Assembly: GCA_965223905.1 (NCBI GenBank)
Contig: CBDCXV010000010.1
Coordinates: 768,001-832,000, forward strand
Source of the DNA: Candidatus Latescibacterota bacterium
GTDB taxonomy: Bacteria; Latescibacterota; UBA2968; UBA8231
Direction: 5' to 3'
Length of the DNA stretch: 64,000 nt
The translations under genes and the position numbers were made by a program. How positions within the stretch are numbered: position 1 is the first letter of the stretch; every line of letters starts with the position of its first letter. Below, piece by piece: positions 37,551-47,561 of this stretch. The notes below the pieces were generated by a model. It had not been told where the DNA came from and searched no databases. It worked only from the letters and a program-made list of their open reading frames with translations.

Positions 37551-39794
37551 ATGAGCGAACTGAGCGAAATCGCAAAAGCCCCCGAGGCGGGCGCCGAGTC
37601 CGCCGGGAACGGGGCACCGGCGGCGGCGACTGACCGGCTTCGCAATCTCGACGAGGTCCTGGAAGAGACCAGCGAGCTCGAGCTTCAGATGCTGCTGATC
37701 GAAGTCGCCTCCATCAACGAGCAGGCGGACTTCGACCTGATCGCCCGCGCTTACCGCTACGCCAGCGACAAGCACGCCGGCCAGACCCGCATGTCGGGGA
37801 GGCCGTTCATGCAGCACTGCGTCGAGGTCGCCCGCATCCTCGCGCAGCTCCGGCTCGACTCGACGACGGTGGCCTCCGGGCTGCTGCACGACGTGCTCGA
37901 AGACACCTCGGTGACCCTGGAGGAGGTGGCCGGTGAGTTCAGCCCCAAGATCGCCTCCCTCACCGACGGGGTGACCAAGATCGAGCGCTTCCAGTACCAG
38001 AGCCGCGAAGCCCGCCAGGCGGAATCGTACCGCAAGATGCTGCTGTCGATGGTCGAGGACCTGCGGGTCATCCTCGTCAAGTTCGCCGACCGCCTGCACA
38101 ACATGCGCACCCTCGACCACGTCGACGCCGAGCAGCAGAAAAGGATCTCCGGAGAGACCGTCGATGTGTACGCCCCGCTGGCCTACCGGCTGGGGCTCGC
38201 CCGCATCAGCCGGGAGCTCGAGGACCTGAGCCTCAAGTACCTCGAGCCGGAGATGTACGTCGAAATCCGCCGGCAGGTGGCGATGAAGAGGGAGCAGCGC
38301 GAGGTATACATCGAGGAGTTCAAGGCGCCGATCGAGGCCGACCTCGCCAAGACAGGCATTCAGGCCGAGATCACGGGGAGGCCGAAGCACTTCTACAGCA
38401 TCTACAACAAGATGAAGACCCAGGAAACGACCTTCGAGGAGATCTACGACCTGAGCGCCGTGCGCATTCTCGTCGAATCGGTGCGCGACTGCTACACGAC
38501 CCTAGGCCTCGTGCACAGCCTCTACGTGCCGATCTCCGACCGTTTCAAGGACTACATCGCCACCCCGAAGACCAACATGTACCAATCGCTGCACACCTCG
38601 GTGGTGGGCCCGGACGGGCGCCCGGTGGAGGTCCAGATACGCACCCGGGAGATGCACCAGACCGCGGAGATCGGCATCGCCGCGCACTGGCGCTACAAGT
38701 CCGGACAGCCGCCGGAGGTCAAAAACGACCAGCGCATCGGCTGGCTGCGCCAGGTGCTCGACTGGCAGCGGGAGGCGGCCGACCCGATGGAATTCCTCGA
38801 GAACCTCAAGGTCGAGCTCTACAGGGACGAGATCTATGTGTTCACACCCGAGGGGGACCTGCTGCAGCTGCCCAGGGGGGCGACGACCATCGATTTCGCC
38901 TTCGCCGTGCACACCGACATCGGCCTCCACTGCCTGACGGCGAAGGTCAACGGGCAGATCGTACCGCTCGGCACCGAGCTAAGCAGCGGCGACTCGGTGC
39001 AGATCATCAGCTCGCAGCACCAGCACCCGACCAGCAGCTGGCTCGACATGGTCAAGACCGGCAAGGCGCGCCACTGGATCGGCCGCTGGCTGCGCGAGGA
39101 GCAGTTCTCCCACGGGGTGCGCCTCGGGCAGGAGATCCTCGAACGGGAGCTCAAGAAGTACCGCCACTCCGTGCGCAGCGAGTCCCTAGACGAACTCGCC
39201 GAAGAGCTCGGGCTGGCCGGCAGCGAGCATCTCTACGCCGCGGTCGGCAGCGGCGAGCTGTCGGTGAGCGGTGTCGTCAACCGCCTGGTGCCGAAGCGTC
39301 CGAAGCGGCGCATCCGCCCGCTGTTCCGCGACCTGAGCGGGATCCGCATCCAGGGCCTCGACAACATGATGATCCACTTCGGAAAATGCTGCTCCCCGAT
39401 TCCCGGGGACCGCATCGTCGGCATGATAACGAAGGGGCGGGGAATCACCGTCCACCGCACCGACTGCCCCAACATGGCCGACGTAGCGGAGGACCCGGAC
39501 CGCGTCGCGGTGATGGAGTGGGACGTCGACGAGGAGCAGTCGTTCTACGTGCAGCTGCGCATCACCGGAACCGACCGCACCTACCTGCTGACAGAGGTAA
39601 CCCGGGTGATCAGCGAGGCCGGCGCCAACATCCGCAGCGCCGAAAGCCACACACGGCTGCACCGGGTCGAGGGCAAGTTCGAGCTCGACGTCACCGACGC
39701 GCGCCAGCTGCAGGCGATGATCAAGGGTCTCTCCAAGCTCGAGGGAATCAACGAGGTCACGCGCGCCGACGACCCGGACCTGCCCCCGGCCTGA
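37551..39794 (+). CDS. spoT: Bifunctional (p)ppGpp synthetase/hydrolase (Rel/SpoT)
   Basis: Intact HD hydrolase (HAGQTRMSG, LLHDVLEDT, ADRLHNMRTL), synthetase (GRPKH, YQSLHT, EVQIRT), TGS, CC and ACT domains. Confidence 0.93.
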   Translation: MSELSEIAKAPEAGAESAGNGAPAAATDRLRNLDEVLEETSELELQMLLIEVASINEQADFDLIARAYRYASDKHAGQTRMSGRPFMQHCVEVARILAQLRLDSTTVASGLLHDVLEDTSVTLEEVAGEFSPKIASLTDGVTKIERFQYQSREARQAESYRKMLLSMVEDLRVILVKFADRLHNMRTLDHVDAEQQKRISGETVDVYAPLAYRLGLARISRELEDLSLKYLEPEMYVEIRRQVAMKREQREVYIEEFKAPIEADLAKTGIQAEITGRPKHFYSIYNKMKTQETTFEEIYDLSAVRILVESVRDCYTTLGLVHSLYVPISDRFKDYIATPKTNMYQSLHTSVVGPDGRPVEVQIRTREMHQTAEIGIAAHWRYKSGQPPEVKNDQRIGWLRQVLDWQREAADPMEFLENLKVELYRDEIYVFTPEGDLLQLPRGATTIDFAFAVHTDIGLHCLTAKVNGQIVPLGTELSSGDSVQIISSQHQHPTSSWLDMVKTGKARHWIGRWLREEQFSHGVRLGQEILERELKKYRHSVRSESLDELAEELGLAGSEHLYAAVGSGELSVSGVVNRLVPKRPKRRIRPLFRDLSGIRIQGLDNMMIHFGKCCSPIPGDRIVGMITKGRGITVHRTDCPNMADVAEDPDRVAVMEWDVDEEQSFYVQLRITGTDRTYLLTEVTRVISEAGANIRSAESHTRLHRVEGKFELDVTDARQLQAMIKGLSKLEGINEVTRADDPDLPPA

Positions 39795-39876
39795 GGCCGG
39801 CCTGACCGCTCCCCTGCGTCCGGGCCCGCCTGTCCTGTCCGCCTTATCTCCAGAAATCAGACGAAATGCTTCTGCA

Positions 39877-40250
39877 CAGCAGTGTCCCGTTGTCGACGGA
39901 TGGCTTTTCTGTAAGACCTCGATTTGGTTGACGTTACGCAACTTAATCGGTGGAATCGACTTGAAATGGTCTCGTTATTCGGGCCCTCCCTCCTCGGCTA
40001 TTCACAAGGAAAGGCCCATGTACAAAGGACGCTTCGTCTTTTCCCACCTCATGGAATTTTTCCCGTTCCCCGCCTTTCGACAATGTGTTCAGCGGGACCG
40101 GGGCCATTACAAGGTGCATCGGTTCTCCTGTCAGGATCAGTTTCTCTGCATGGCGTTTCCCCAACTGACCGGTCGCCAAAGCCTGCGGGACACCGAAACA
40201 TGCCTCCGGGCGCTACAGCCCAGACTTTACCATGTCGGCATTCGCCCAAC
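39877..40250 (+). mobile_element. Truncated IS4-family element (left end + DUF4372 N-terminal transposase fragment)
   Basis: From ATG 40018: MYKGRFVFSHLMEF...FSCQDQFLCMAF.QLTGRQSLRD.ETCL...LYHVGIR, then similarity ends; IR-like CAGCAGTGTCCCGTT at 39877. Confidence 0.75.
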
Positions 40251-40433
40251 GTTCCGCTATTATGTAACACCATCCGCATCACCGTCCCAACTTTACTCAA
40301 TCCTGCATCGTTGAGGACGTCTGCCCTCTTTCCTCCTTTCCGGGGGCCATCGCGACAGCACACTCCCTAATCGCCGCATACGGAAGGGGCGCCCCTTAGG
40401 CAATCCGACCCCCCGTCTCGGTCCCCTACCCAG

Positions 40434-40462
40434 TTGACACCCAGGCGATTGATTTCCACATT
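40434..40462 (+). promoter_or_regulatory. Putative sigma70 promoter upstream of the DUF3800 gene
   Basis: TTGACA (40434-40439), 17-bp spacer, CACATT. Confidence 0.5.
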
Positions 40463-40467
40463 ATTCG

Positions 40468-40540
40468 CAGCAATCGCAGATCGCCGACCCCGTCGTGGGC
40501 GGCAGACCCTATGGCCACCATTCGGTGGCCATAGCCATTT
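40468..40540 (+). ncRNA. Candidate structured RNA/leader upstream of DUF3800
   Basis: Hairpin GCCG-A-CCC/GGG-CGGC, then 11-bp perfect hairpin CTATGGCCACC-ATTC-GGTGGCCATAG followed by CCATTT. Confidence 0.4.
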
Positions 40541-40550
40541 CAGGGGGTAG

Positions 40551-41390
40551 ATGAAAGCCTGCTTTATCGACGAGGCAGGGGACCTCGGAGCACTCGCCAA
40601 TCCGCCGCAACCCAACGACCAACCGGTTCTGGTCATTGGCGGTCTTTTTGTAGATATCGCAAACCTCCACAACCTCACCGACAACCTCCTGAACCTGAAA
40701 AAGCGGTACTTCCCCGGCCTTCCCTATCCGTCCGCCAAACATCTGGATCGCATCTTGCCTGAGATCAAAGGGGCCGACGTTCGCAGCAACGCAACACGTG
40801 GAACCGCGCGGCAGCAGCGGCACGCCATCAGCTTCCTCGACCGAATCCTCGGACTACTGCAACAGTACGATGCAAAGCTGGTTGCACGCATTTGGGTGAA
40901 GGGCATTGGATTGCCTTTCGATGCCACGCCTGTCTACACATCCTCGATTCAAGGAATCTGCACCTATTTCAATCACCACCTGACCCAGACCAGTGAAAGC
41001 GGCATCTGTATCGCTGACAGCCGGAACAAATTCAAGAATGTCAACGTCTCCCACTCCATCTTTACGAAAAAGTTCAGCCCGGTAGCCCAGAGCTACCAAC
41101 GGATCGTTGAGCTGCCGACCTTTGGGCACAGTGATAACCACGCCGGCCTTCAAGTCTGTGACATCGTCTGCTCTGCGCTGCTCTACCCCATCGCCTGCTT
41201 TGCGTATTGCGCGGGTCACGTGAGCAACGTCCATGTACAACCCGGTGCCGCAAGGCTCCTGAAGCGTTACGGGCAGCAACTGAAGGACCTCCAATACCGC
41301 TACCAGGATACGGTGACCAACCGTTACCAGGGCGGACTCGTGGTCTCGGACGCCATCCTGCAACGGAATGGCTCGCTAATGTTTCGCTGA
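40551..41390 (+). CDS. DUF3800 domain protein (RNase H-like fold)
   Basis: N-terminal FIDEAGD, PEIKG, C-terminal SDNHAGLQVCDIVCS (QxxD). Confidence 0.85.
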   Translation: MKACFIDEAGDLGALANPPQPNDQPVLVIGGLFVDIANLHNLTDNLLNLKKRYFPGLPYPSAKHLDRILPEIKGADVRSNATRGTARQQRHAISFLDRILGLLQQYDAKLVARIWVKGIGLPFDATPVYTSSIQGICTYFNHHLTQTSESGICIADSRNKFKNVNVSHSIFTKKFSPVAQSYQRIVELPTFGHSDNHAGLQVCDIVCSALLYPIACFAYCAGHVSNVHVQPGAARLLKRYGQQLKDLQYRYQDTVTNRYQGGLVVSDAILQRNGSLMFR

Positions 41391-41423
41391 AACAGGATCG
41401 ACAAGCCTACACCACCCGGGCCA

Positions 41424-41738
41424 ATGCCGACCCGCCGAGATGAGTTTGCGGACGAATTAAGGACCCGAGTACCGACAATTGATGCTGTTTTCGACGCACC
41501 AAGTGTCATCGCGCCCTACCTTCTTTGCTCAGGACATCAACTCGTACCTTCAGCGATCCGGAGTCCTGAGTCGATGTGGACTACCACTGAGATACTGCGA
41601 CAACTGTATAACTTCAGTGTAATTGGAATGTTCGAAACACCGACTTCCAAATCACCTGTCTTCAAGTACAAAAACCCAAGGCTTGAGCTTCGGTCGAAGA
41701 CCAGACTTTCCATCCACTATGGGTGCGCCCAGCTTTAG
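41424..41738 (+). pseudogene. Probable 3' remnant of a larger accessory gene (winged-helix-like tail of a P-loop ATPase)
   Basis: AT-richer; EILRQLYNFSVIG...FKY...IH pattern; no convincing start. Confidence 0.3.
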
Positions 41739-41823
41739 AGATGGTAAGCCGCAGATGAAGCCACTGCCGAATAATAAATGGCAAAATTGGTTTTTCTGAT
41801 GACCCGTTAGGACGTTGCGAACC

Positions 41824-42870
41824 GTGCCAGCCGATCCGTTCCTTCCCCACATCCGCAGCATGGAGGGGTACGTCCCCGGCGAGCAGCCCGGAGACGGGGA
41901 GTTCCTCAAGCTCAACACGAACGAAAACCCCTATCCGCCGTCAGACCGGGTAATCGCCGCGCTGCGGGCCGCCTGCGACGGCAACCTGAAGCGCTATCCC
42001 GACCCGGACGCCGTCGCCGTGCTCGCCAAGCTGTCGGAGAGGTTCGGTCTGCCCGCCGAACAGATCGCCATGGGGAACGGCTCCGACGAGCTGCTCAACG
42101 CCGCCCTGCGCTGCTTCGCCGGCCCGGGGCAGCCGGTGGCCATCCCCTTCCCGACCTACCCCTACTACCAGAAGCTGATCGACCTGCAGAACGCCGACGC
42201 GATCCGCTGCGACCTCGACGACGACTTCGGGATCCCCGCCGGCTTTCCCCCCGCCGACGCCCGCCTGACCCTGCTGGCCAACCCCAACTCTCCCACGGGG
42301 ACCGCGGTCGCCCCCGGCGCGGTCGAGGAGATGGCGAGCCGCACCCGGGGCGTGCTCCTGGTCGACGAGGCGTACGTCGATTTCTCCGACGGCGGCTGCA
42401 TCGACCTGGTGGAGCGCTACCCCAACCTGCTGGTGACGCGCACGATGTCGAAGTCGTTCTCGCTGGCCGCCCTGCGCATCGGGTTCTGCTTCGGCCCGCC
42501 CGACCTTATCGCCGGGATGCGCAAGGTGCTCGACCACTACAACATGAACGCCCTGTCGCAGGCCGCGGCGGCCGCGGCTCTCGACGGCATCGAGGAGATG
42601 CGGGCCAACGCCGCCCGCATCAGGAGGACGCGGCAGCGGCTGACCGAAGCGCTGCGCGGTCTCGGCTTCCGGGTATGGGACTCGGAGGCGAACTTCGTGC
42701 TCGCGCGCATCGAGTCCCCCCCGGCCGAGGAGCTGTACCTGGGGCTCAAGGAGCGCCGCATCCTGGTGCGCTGGTTCAGCGAGCCGCGCCTGCGCGACTG
42801 CCTGAGGATATCGGTCGGCACCGACGCGGAAAACGAACGGCTGCTGCGCGAACTGGCGGAGCAGCTGTAG
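41824..42870 (+). CDS. hisC: Histidinol-phosphate aminotransferase
   Basis: YVPGEQP, KLNTNENPYPPS, GNGSDE, NPNSPTG, DEAYVDF, RTMSKSFSLAALRIG. Confidence 0.95.
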   Translation: MPADPFLPHIRSMEGYVPGEQPGDGEFLKLNTNENPYPPSDRVIAALRAACDGNLKRYPDPDAVAVLAKLSERFGLPAEQIAMGNGSDELLNAALRCFAGPGQPVAIPFPTYPYYQKLIDLQNADAIRCDLDDDFGIPAGFPPADARLTLLANPNSPTGTAVAPGAVEEMASRTRGVLLVDEAYVDFSDGGCIDLVERYPNLLVTRTMSKSFSLAALRIGFCFGPPDLIAGMRKVLDHYNMNALSQAAAAAALDGIEEMRANAARIRRTRQRLTEALRGLGFRVWDSEANFVLARIESPPAEELYLGLKERRILVRWFSEPRLRDCLRISVGTDAENERLLRELAEQL

Positions 42871-42950
42871 TCGGGCAGGGCTGTGGCCCCTCGCTTCGGC
42901 CACATGTGGCCGGTCGCTTTTCCTGATGGCGCAAAAAAAATTGGAGACAG

Positions 42951-43853
42951 GTGACGGATCGGCTAGGTAGACTGGTAGACTCGGACGGGTTCCAGCACGG
43001 GGTCCTCGCGGTAATCGTGGGCGCCGCCCTGCTGGTCGGGCTGGAAACCTCGCGGGACCTCGTCGAGGCCCACGGAGACCTGCTGCACCGGCTCAACTCG
43101 CTGGTCCTGTGGATCTTCGTCGTCGAGGCAGCCCTCAAGATCGCCCGCCACGGGAGTCGCTGGTACCGCTACTTCACCGATCCCTGGAACGTCTTCGACT
43201 TCCTGATCGTCGTCGTCTGCTTCCTGCCGGTCGGGGGCCCGTACGCCGCGGTGCTGAGGCTGGCGCGGGTGCTGCGGGCCCTGCGGCTGGTGACCGCGGT
43301 GCCGAAGTTGCAGCTGCTGGTCGGCTCGCTGCTCAAGTCGATCCCCTCCCTGGGCTACGTTGGTCTGCTGCTTGCGGTGCTGTTCTACGTCTACGCGGTG
43401 ATGGGGATCTTCCTGTTCCGCGGCAACGACCCCGTCCACTTCCAGGACCTGTCGACGGCCCTGCTCAGCCTGTTCCGCGTGGTGACCCTCGAGGACTGGA
43501 CCGACGTGATGTACATCCAGATGTACGGCAGCGACGCCTATCCGAACTACGGCGACTTCGCCCAGGCCCACCTGCGCGAGGCCTCGCTCGGCCGGCCGCT
43601 TCTCGGTGCCGCCTTCTTCGTCTCCTTCGTGTTGGTGGGGACGATGATCATGCTCAACCTGTTCATCGGCGTGATCATCAACTCGATGTCGGAGGCCGAG
43701 GCGGAAAAGGAGGCGGAGGAACGGCGCCGGCACCTCGAGCGCGACGGCGAGATCAGCGTCGGCGACGAGATCGGCCTGATCGAAGAAGAGATGGAGAAGC
43801 TGTCGCGGCGACTGGGAGAGCTGCGAAGGCGGGCAGGCGGCGACCGCGGGTGA
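42951..43853 (+). CDS. Prokaryotic voltage-gated cation channel (BacNav-like)
   Basis: DPWNVFDF, S4 LRLARVLRALRL, filter TLEDWTD, NLFIGVII, C-terminal coiled coil. Confidence 0.9.
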   Translation: MTDRLGRLVDSDGFQHGVLAVIVGAALLVGLETSRDLVEAHGDLLHRLNSLVLWIFVVEAALKIARHGSRWYRYFTDPWNVFDFLIVVVCFLPVGGPYAAVLRLARVLRALRLVTAVPKLQLLVGSLLKSIPSLGYVGLLLAVLFYVYAVMGIFLFRGNDPVHFQDLSTALLSLFRVVTLEDWTDVMYIQMYGSDAYPNYGDFAQAHLREASLGRPLLGAAFFVSFVLVGTMIMLNLFIGVIINSMSEAEAEKEAEERRRHLERDGEISVGDEIGLIEEEMEKLSRRLGELRRRAGGDRG

Positions 43854-43855
43854 GG

Positions 43856-44038
43856 TCAGATGTAGTAGATCGGGACCTGCGGGTCCTCCGCCGGCAGCTC
43901 CGGGGCCTTGAATTGCCGGCGGTTGCGGAACCGCCGGGTGGCCGTGAAGCCCCAGGCGACCAGGGCTCCCCAGACAGCAGGGGCGACGACCGCGGCCGCC
44001 ACCAGAACCGCGTCCGGAACCCCTGCCAGGGCGCTCAC
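43856..44038 (-). CDS. 60-aa single-TM membrane protein, copy 1
   Basis: GGAGG RBS + GTG; TM helix, basic stretch, ends PIYYI; differences from copy 2 are mostly synonymous. Confidence 0.65.
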   Translation of the reverse strand: MSALAGVPDAVLVAAAVVAPAVWGALVAWGFTATRRFRNRRQFKAPELPAEDPQVPIYYI

Positions 44039-44054
44039 TCCGCATCCTCCCCGG
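43860..44054. repeat. 195-bp direct repeat, left flank of the defence island
   Basis: Matches 62990-63184 with 6 mismatches (manual comparison). Confidence 0.95.
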
Positions 44055-44128
44055 GGGGCGAGCTGGCGGAACTGCTGGAGGCCGCGCACCACGAGACTGG
44101 CACAGGCAGGCATTGCCTCGAAACCATA

Positions 44129-46903
44129 CTACGACCGCTCGACCCGGACCCGGTCGCCCAGCTCGAGATCGTCGAGAATCTGCCGCAGCTCCGTCTCCAT
44201 GTTCTGGGCAAACTGCGAGCCGACGCTGACCGAAAAGTCTATACCTACACTGAGGTCGTCCCCGGACCGCAGCTTGGGCAGGAGTCTGCGTCCCAGGAGG
44301 TTCCAGACTTCCGAGGGCACGGTCCCGGCCAGCCTGAGCGACGTTTTCCGATTTTCCGGACCCGGCGCGGGACCAGTTTCCGGTTCAGGCTGTTCCTGAG
44401 GAGGTTCCGTTCCCGGGACTGAAGTCGGTTCCGCCTGTTGTGCCAGGTCCCCGGGTGACGTTTTGAGTTGCCTGGCTTTTTCCCTGGTCAGCAGAAAAAC
44501 ACTTGGTTCAAACGCCGCTTCTTCCGGGCCTACCTCCTCGGCGTACCACAGCCGTTCGAAACCGCCGTTCTCCTTGCTACCTGAAGCCAGACCGAAATCC
44601 CCCTTCGACACGAACTCGACGATCTGTCGCCGAAGGGTCGCGTCCGGGTCTACCAACCTCGTCAACGAGCTGTCGAGAAAGCTTTGTCGCAAGCTTGTGA
44701 GGGGCCAAGCCCCGGTCTCTTTGAAAGCCGGCGGCCAGTTTCGGTCGATATAACCGGCCCCCACATTCTCGTTGAGCAGGGCTTCGGCCTTCAAGGCGCT
44801 GATGATCCGCCCGCAGAGCGTCTCCCCGGCGCTGGCATGGCCGGCTCCCAGGTCGACGATCTTGAGCCCGTGTCTCTCCTGGGCATCCGCGAGGGCGACG
44901 AAGCGGTACCCGGCCCATACCTCTTCCCTGGCCGCTTCCTCCGCGTCACGGACCCGGGCATGGACCTCCGAGCGATCGGCGCGGTCGTATTCGGTGCCGA
45001 GGACTCCTTCGGCCACCTCCCGTTCAACCCGCTGCCAGGCGAGCCACAGCTCGACCTTCTCTCGGAGCTCCCGCCCGGGTTTTCTGGCGCACCAGACCAG
45101 CGAGCCCGGGTAGAGCCGTGGAGAGTTGCCCCGCTCCTTCGTCCAATCGCCAATCCGCTCGGCCACCTGGTCGCCATCCCTCCACTCCGCCTCGGGGTCG
45201 AGGACGATCACCGCAAGGCGTGGAGAATCCTGGACCGCGGCGCTGTCCTCCGGGAAGAAAGCCACGGGTATGGCTGCGCCGCGTTTGAACTCCCCTTCGA
45301 TGAGCTTGCGAATGCCGGGCTTGATCTCCGTCTCTTCATCGAGGGAGGCCCGCCGATCGCTGACGACCTTCTTCAACGTCGCCTGATGGTGGATGCGGTA
45401 GCCGTCTGTCCCGACCCTGCGAATGAAGAACCCCGATTTCTCCAGGGCTGCGGCGGCGTTGTCGATGGTGGTTGTATCGACCTCGGGCTCGCCGAGGGCA
45501 AAGCGCAGTTCCGGCAGATGAGCCTCCTTGTCCACCTGCCCCCCGGAGGACTCGAACAGAATGGTCGTGCCCACCCGGCGATGGATGTCGCGAAGAGCCC
45601 CGGTTGCGTCCGCATCCAGGGCCTTTGCGTGCGCCATCGGTCCTGCAAGATCGGCTTCTACGGCCACGTCGAGCCGCGTCTCCCCCAGTTGTCCAAGGAC
45701 CACCGCACGGAATTCAGCCACGTCCAGGGGAGCCGATCCCAGGGTGATCAGCGGCTCGGTTCGCGCCTTTCCGAATTGCTCGCGGGCGGCCCATGAGATC
45801 CATTGCGCCAGCATGGCCAGCGCTCCACGGGTCTGCTGAAACTGGGGAAGGGCGCGCCACTTGCGCTGGAACACCGACAGGGTCGCCGGATGCAAGGGAT
45901 AGCTGGCCTCGAACCGGCCCCTGAGGAATTCCCTTGCCTTGGCCTCCGTCGCCGCGGTGTCGACGGCAAGCCATTCGGCCGGGAGTTGTGGCGTACGCTC
46001 AAAGCACCAGTCCGCGTAGGCCTTGCCGACCTTCCTGCGAACGCGCGGGTTGCCGAGATCCTCGAAGAGCCGGCGGCGGACCACCTCGCTGATCTCGGAC
46101 TCGTCATTGGCGATCAGGTCGCGGGCGACGCGTCGGACCACCTTGGTAATCCGTTCCTGCCACTGCTGGTCCCAGTCGGTCATTTCGACCTGACTGCGAG
46201 GAAGGCTGATGACCGCGGCGGCCCGGGTGGTACCGGTGACGGCGACGGTCAGGTTCTGCAGAAAAGCGTGGAAGCTCTCGGCCATGCCTCGGTGGCGGTT
46301 GACGAAGTTGAGCACCTCGTCGAACAGCAGCAGCACCGGGGCCTGCGCAGCAGCGCACACCTTGACCAGAGCCTCGGTCCCCGGCGGTGTGGTCTCCGCC
46401 GCCGATCCCAGAGCGGCGACCCCCTCATCTCCTGCCAGCTGCCGCGCCAGATCGATCCAGGGCGTTTCGCGGCCCTCGGACGGGTCCCAGGCATTGCCGA
46501 CGAATACCCCGACCCTGGCGGCAGGAGCTTCCGCCATCCCGGCCTCCTTCAGGAGATCGGCCACCCCGGAGTACCTGGAAGCGTCTGCGCCGGCCTGTGC
46601 AAGGTGGTAGAGCGCGGTAAGGGTATGCGTCTTGCCGCCGCCGAACTGGGTGATCAGCGTCAGGACCGGTGCCGTGTTCCCGGTCTCCCCGGCGAGGCGC
46701 CGGAGAACCATGCCGGCGTGCTCCTTCAAAGCCCGGGTGAAACAGGTGCGCGAAAAGAACTGGGCCGGGTCGCTGTAGTCTTCCGGCGCGGTTCTGGAGA
46801 GCACCTGTTCGAGGGCGATGGCGAACTCGTCCGGGCTGAACGAGCGGCCCTCGCGCACTTCCTTGCGAAGGGTCACAACCTTGTACCAGGGATCGAGGGC
46901 CAT
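44129..46903 (-). CDS. DUF499 family AAA+ ATPase
   Basis: PWYKVVTLR...EFAIAL, Walker A TQFGGGKTH, Walker B LLLFDEV, YPLHP, FQQTRG. Confidence 0.88.
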   Translation of the reverse strand: MALDPWYKVVTLRKEVREGRSFSPDEFAIALEQVLSRTAPEDYSDPAQFFSRTCFTRALKEHAGMVLRRLAGETGNTAPVLTLITQFGGGKTHTLTALYHLAQAGADASRYSGVADLLKEAGMAEAPAARVGVFVGNAWDPSEGRETPWIDLARQLAGDEGVAALGSAAETTPPGTEALVKVCAAAQAPVLLLFDEVLNFVNRHRGMAESFHAFLQNLTVAVTGTTRAAAVISLPRSQVEMTDWDQQWQERITKVVRRVARDLIANDESEISEVVRRRLFEDLGNPRVRRKVGKAYADWCFERTPQLPAEWLAVDTAATEAKAREFLRGRFEASYPLHPATLSVFQRKWRALPQFQQTRGALAMLAQWISWAAREQFGKARTEPLITLGSAPLDVAEFRAVVLGQLGETRLDVAVEADLAGPMAHAKALDADATGALRDIHRRVGTTILFESSGGQVDKEAHLPELRFALGEPEVDTTTIDNAAAALEKSGFFIRRVGTDGYRIHHQATLKKVVSDRRASLDEETEIKPGIRKLIEGEFKRGAAIPVAFFPEDSAAVQDSPRLAVIVLDPEAEWRDGDQVAERIGDWTKERGNSPRLYPGSLVWCARKPGRELREKVELWLAWQRVEREVAEGVLGTEYDRADRSEVHARVRDAEEAAREEVWAGYRFVALADAQERHGLKIVDLGAGHASAGETLCGRIISALKAEALLNENVGAGYIDRNWPPAFKETGAWPLTSLRQSFLDSSLTRLVDPDATLRRQIVEFVSKGDFGLASGSKENGGFERLWYAEEVGPEEAAFEPSVFLLTREKARQLKTSPGDLAQQAEPTSVPGTEPPQEQPEPETGPAPGPENRKTSLRLAGTVPSEVWNLLGRRLLPKLRSGDDLSVGIDFSVSVGSQFAQNMETELRQILDDLELGDRVRVERS

Positions 46904-46940
46904 TCCGACTATCTCCTTGATCGTCCTCTGCGCGGTGGGT

Positions 46941-47561
46941 TCAATTCTGGTTCCCCAGGGATTCCAACCGAGTCATCCAGTCGCTGAAGCGGGGGCACTC
47001 AGCGCGAATCACCGGCAAGCCTGTCTCCTTTGCCAGAAGAGGGCCGTCAACGCGCTTGTTATACCTCGGGATGATTGCCTTGATACGCTTGCTCGGTGCG
47101 GTGTCAATGTTGTCGTTGATGTCCTCGGGAGTCGGAAAATTGGAGCGTATTGTCCGTAGCGCCTGTATGGACTCATGCGATACACCGATCAACTTTTCAA
47201 AGTTATTCACATCAGCAAACAGCAAGCCCTCGAATTCGTACTGTTGGACGTAGGGAATGACATGCAATTCATTCCAAGAACGGTTCACCTTTTTGTTAAC
47301 CGTTTTGCGTATGAGCTGCTCCAACTGTTCAGGAGTTGCAGTGTTCTTGTCACAAAAGCCGTAAAAGTCCACCAACGAAGTCACGCGGTCGAAGTTCCAA
47401 ATCAATTTCGCCAAGTCCGAGGCCAGCCGCTCTATCGTTACGTTGCCATTGAGTAAGATGGGTTGTGGCTCCACGCCTCTTGCCCGCAGATGGTCGGCAA
47501 GAAGGTTGTTGACAAATTCCTCTTCGGTTCGGCCCTCCACCGATATGGCCAGTCGGATCAC
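46941..47561 (-). CDS. DUF4276 family (TOPRIM-like) protein
   Basis: VEGRTEEEFV, LVDFYG, YEFEGLLF, PEDIND...PSKRI, ECPRF..W; GTGA overlap with the AAA gene. Confidence 0.85.
   Translation of the reverse strand: MIRLAISVEGRTEEEFVNNLLADHLRARGVEPQPILLNGNVTIERLASDLAKLIWNFDRVTSLVDFYGFCDKNTATPEQLEQLIRKTVNKKVNRSWNELHVIPYVQQYEFEGLLFADVNNFEKLIGVSHESIQALRTIRSNFPTPEDINDNIDTAPSKRIKAIIPRYNKRVDGPLLAKETGLPVIRAECPRFSDWMTRLESLGNQN

Noticed and set aside
36963-38390. 475-aa ORF on the - strand as a single gene
   Set aside because: Only the last ~133 codons (NusG-II) look real; the rest is antisense to spoT.
40245-40272. TTATGTAAC, resembling a XerD arm of a dif site or an attC end, at the IS truncation point
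   Set aside because: No matching XerC arm or complementary attC structure.
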